Sequence record: SRR31156797_15833
Strand: one strand, 5' to 3'
Length of the DNA stretch: 34,926 bases
Below, piece by piece: positions 34,901-34,926 of this stretch; within the stretch, counting starts at the first letter, position 1, and every line of letters begins with the position of its first letter. Under the pieces are notes generated by a model. That model was not told where the DNA came from. It ran no database searches and saw nothing but the letters and a program-made list of their open reading frames with translations. The position numbers were made by a program, and so were the translations under genes.

Positions 34901-34926
34901 AGCGGGTGACCGGACTCGAACCGGCG
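34901..34926 (-). tRNA. 3' end of a tRNA, most likely tRNA-Gly (truncated by the window edge)
   Basis: Reverse complement CGCCGGTTCGAGTCCGGTCACCCGCT gives a T-arm and an acceptor strand ending CCCGC-U, typical of Gly. Gly-Cys tandems are common. The anticodon is outside the window. Confidence 0.8.

Overview
Bacterial chromosomal window with moderate to low GC. Gene content and the AHQW[R/K]QPL kinase H-boxes suggest an anaerobe or microaerophile such as Deferribacterota (inference, not checked against a database). From left to right it holds: (1) the right end of a degraded prophage, with a tail-terminator-like gene and a tail-tube gene cut off after 25 codons, ending near the 3' end of tRNA-Arg(ACG); (2) a signalling block with an HDOD protein, a CheY-like receiver, a Cache kinase and an HD-GYP / 7TM-kinase / NarL-type regulator operon; (3) a fatty-acid-hydroxylase-family gene and a SAM methyltransferase; (4) a TetR-regulated RND efflux operon whose TolC has a long N-terminal extension; (5) a divergent L-/D-lactate utilisation cluster (LutC + LdhH/LutB; GlcD + GlcF, a FadR-type regulator and a TRAP transporter) with two clear operators; (6) two PAS kinases, a universal stress protein, tRNA-Cys and the 3' end of a tRNA-Gly. 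The best candidates for undescribed biology are a ~90-nt putative small RNA just downstream of the NarL-type regulator, with its own extended -10, a palindrome at about -42 and a terminator; a 165-bp structured, stop-free insert between glcD and glcF, in frame with both and flanked by TAGATG repeats; a sulfotransferase-fold gene plus ArsR appended to the L-lactate dehydrogenase operon; and the extended TolC.
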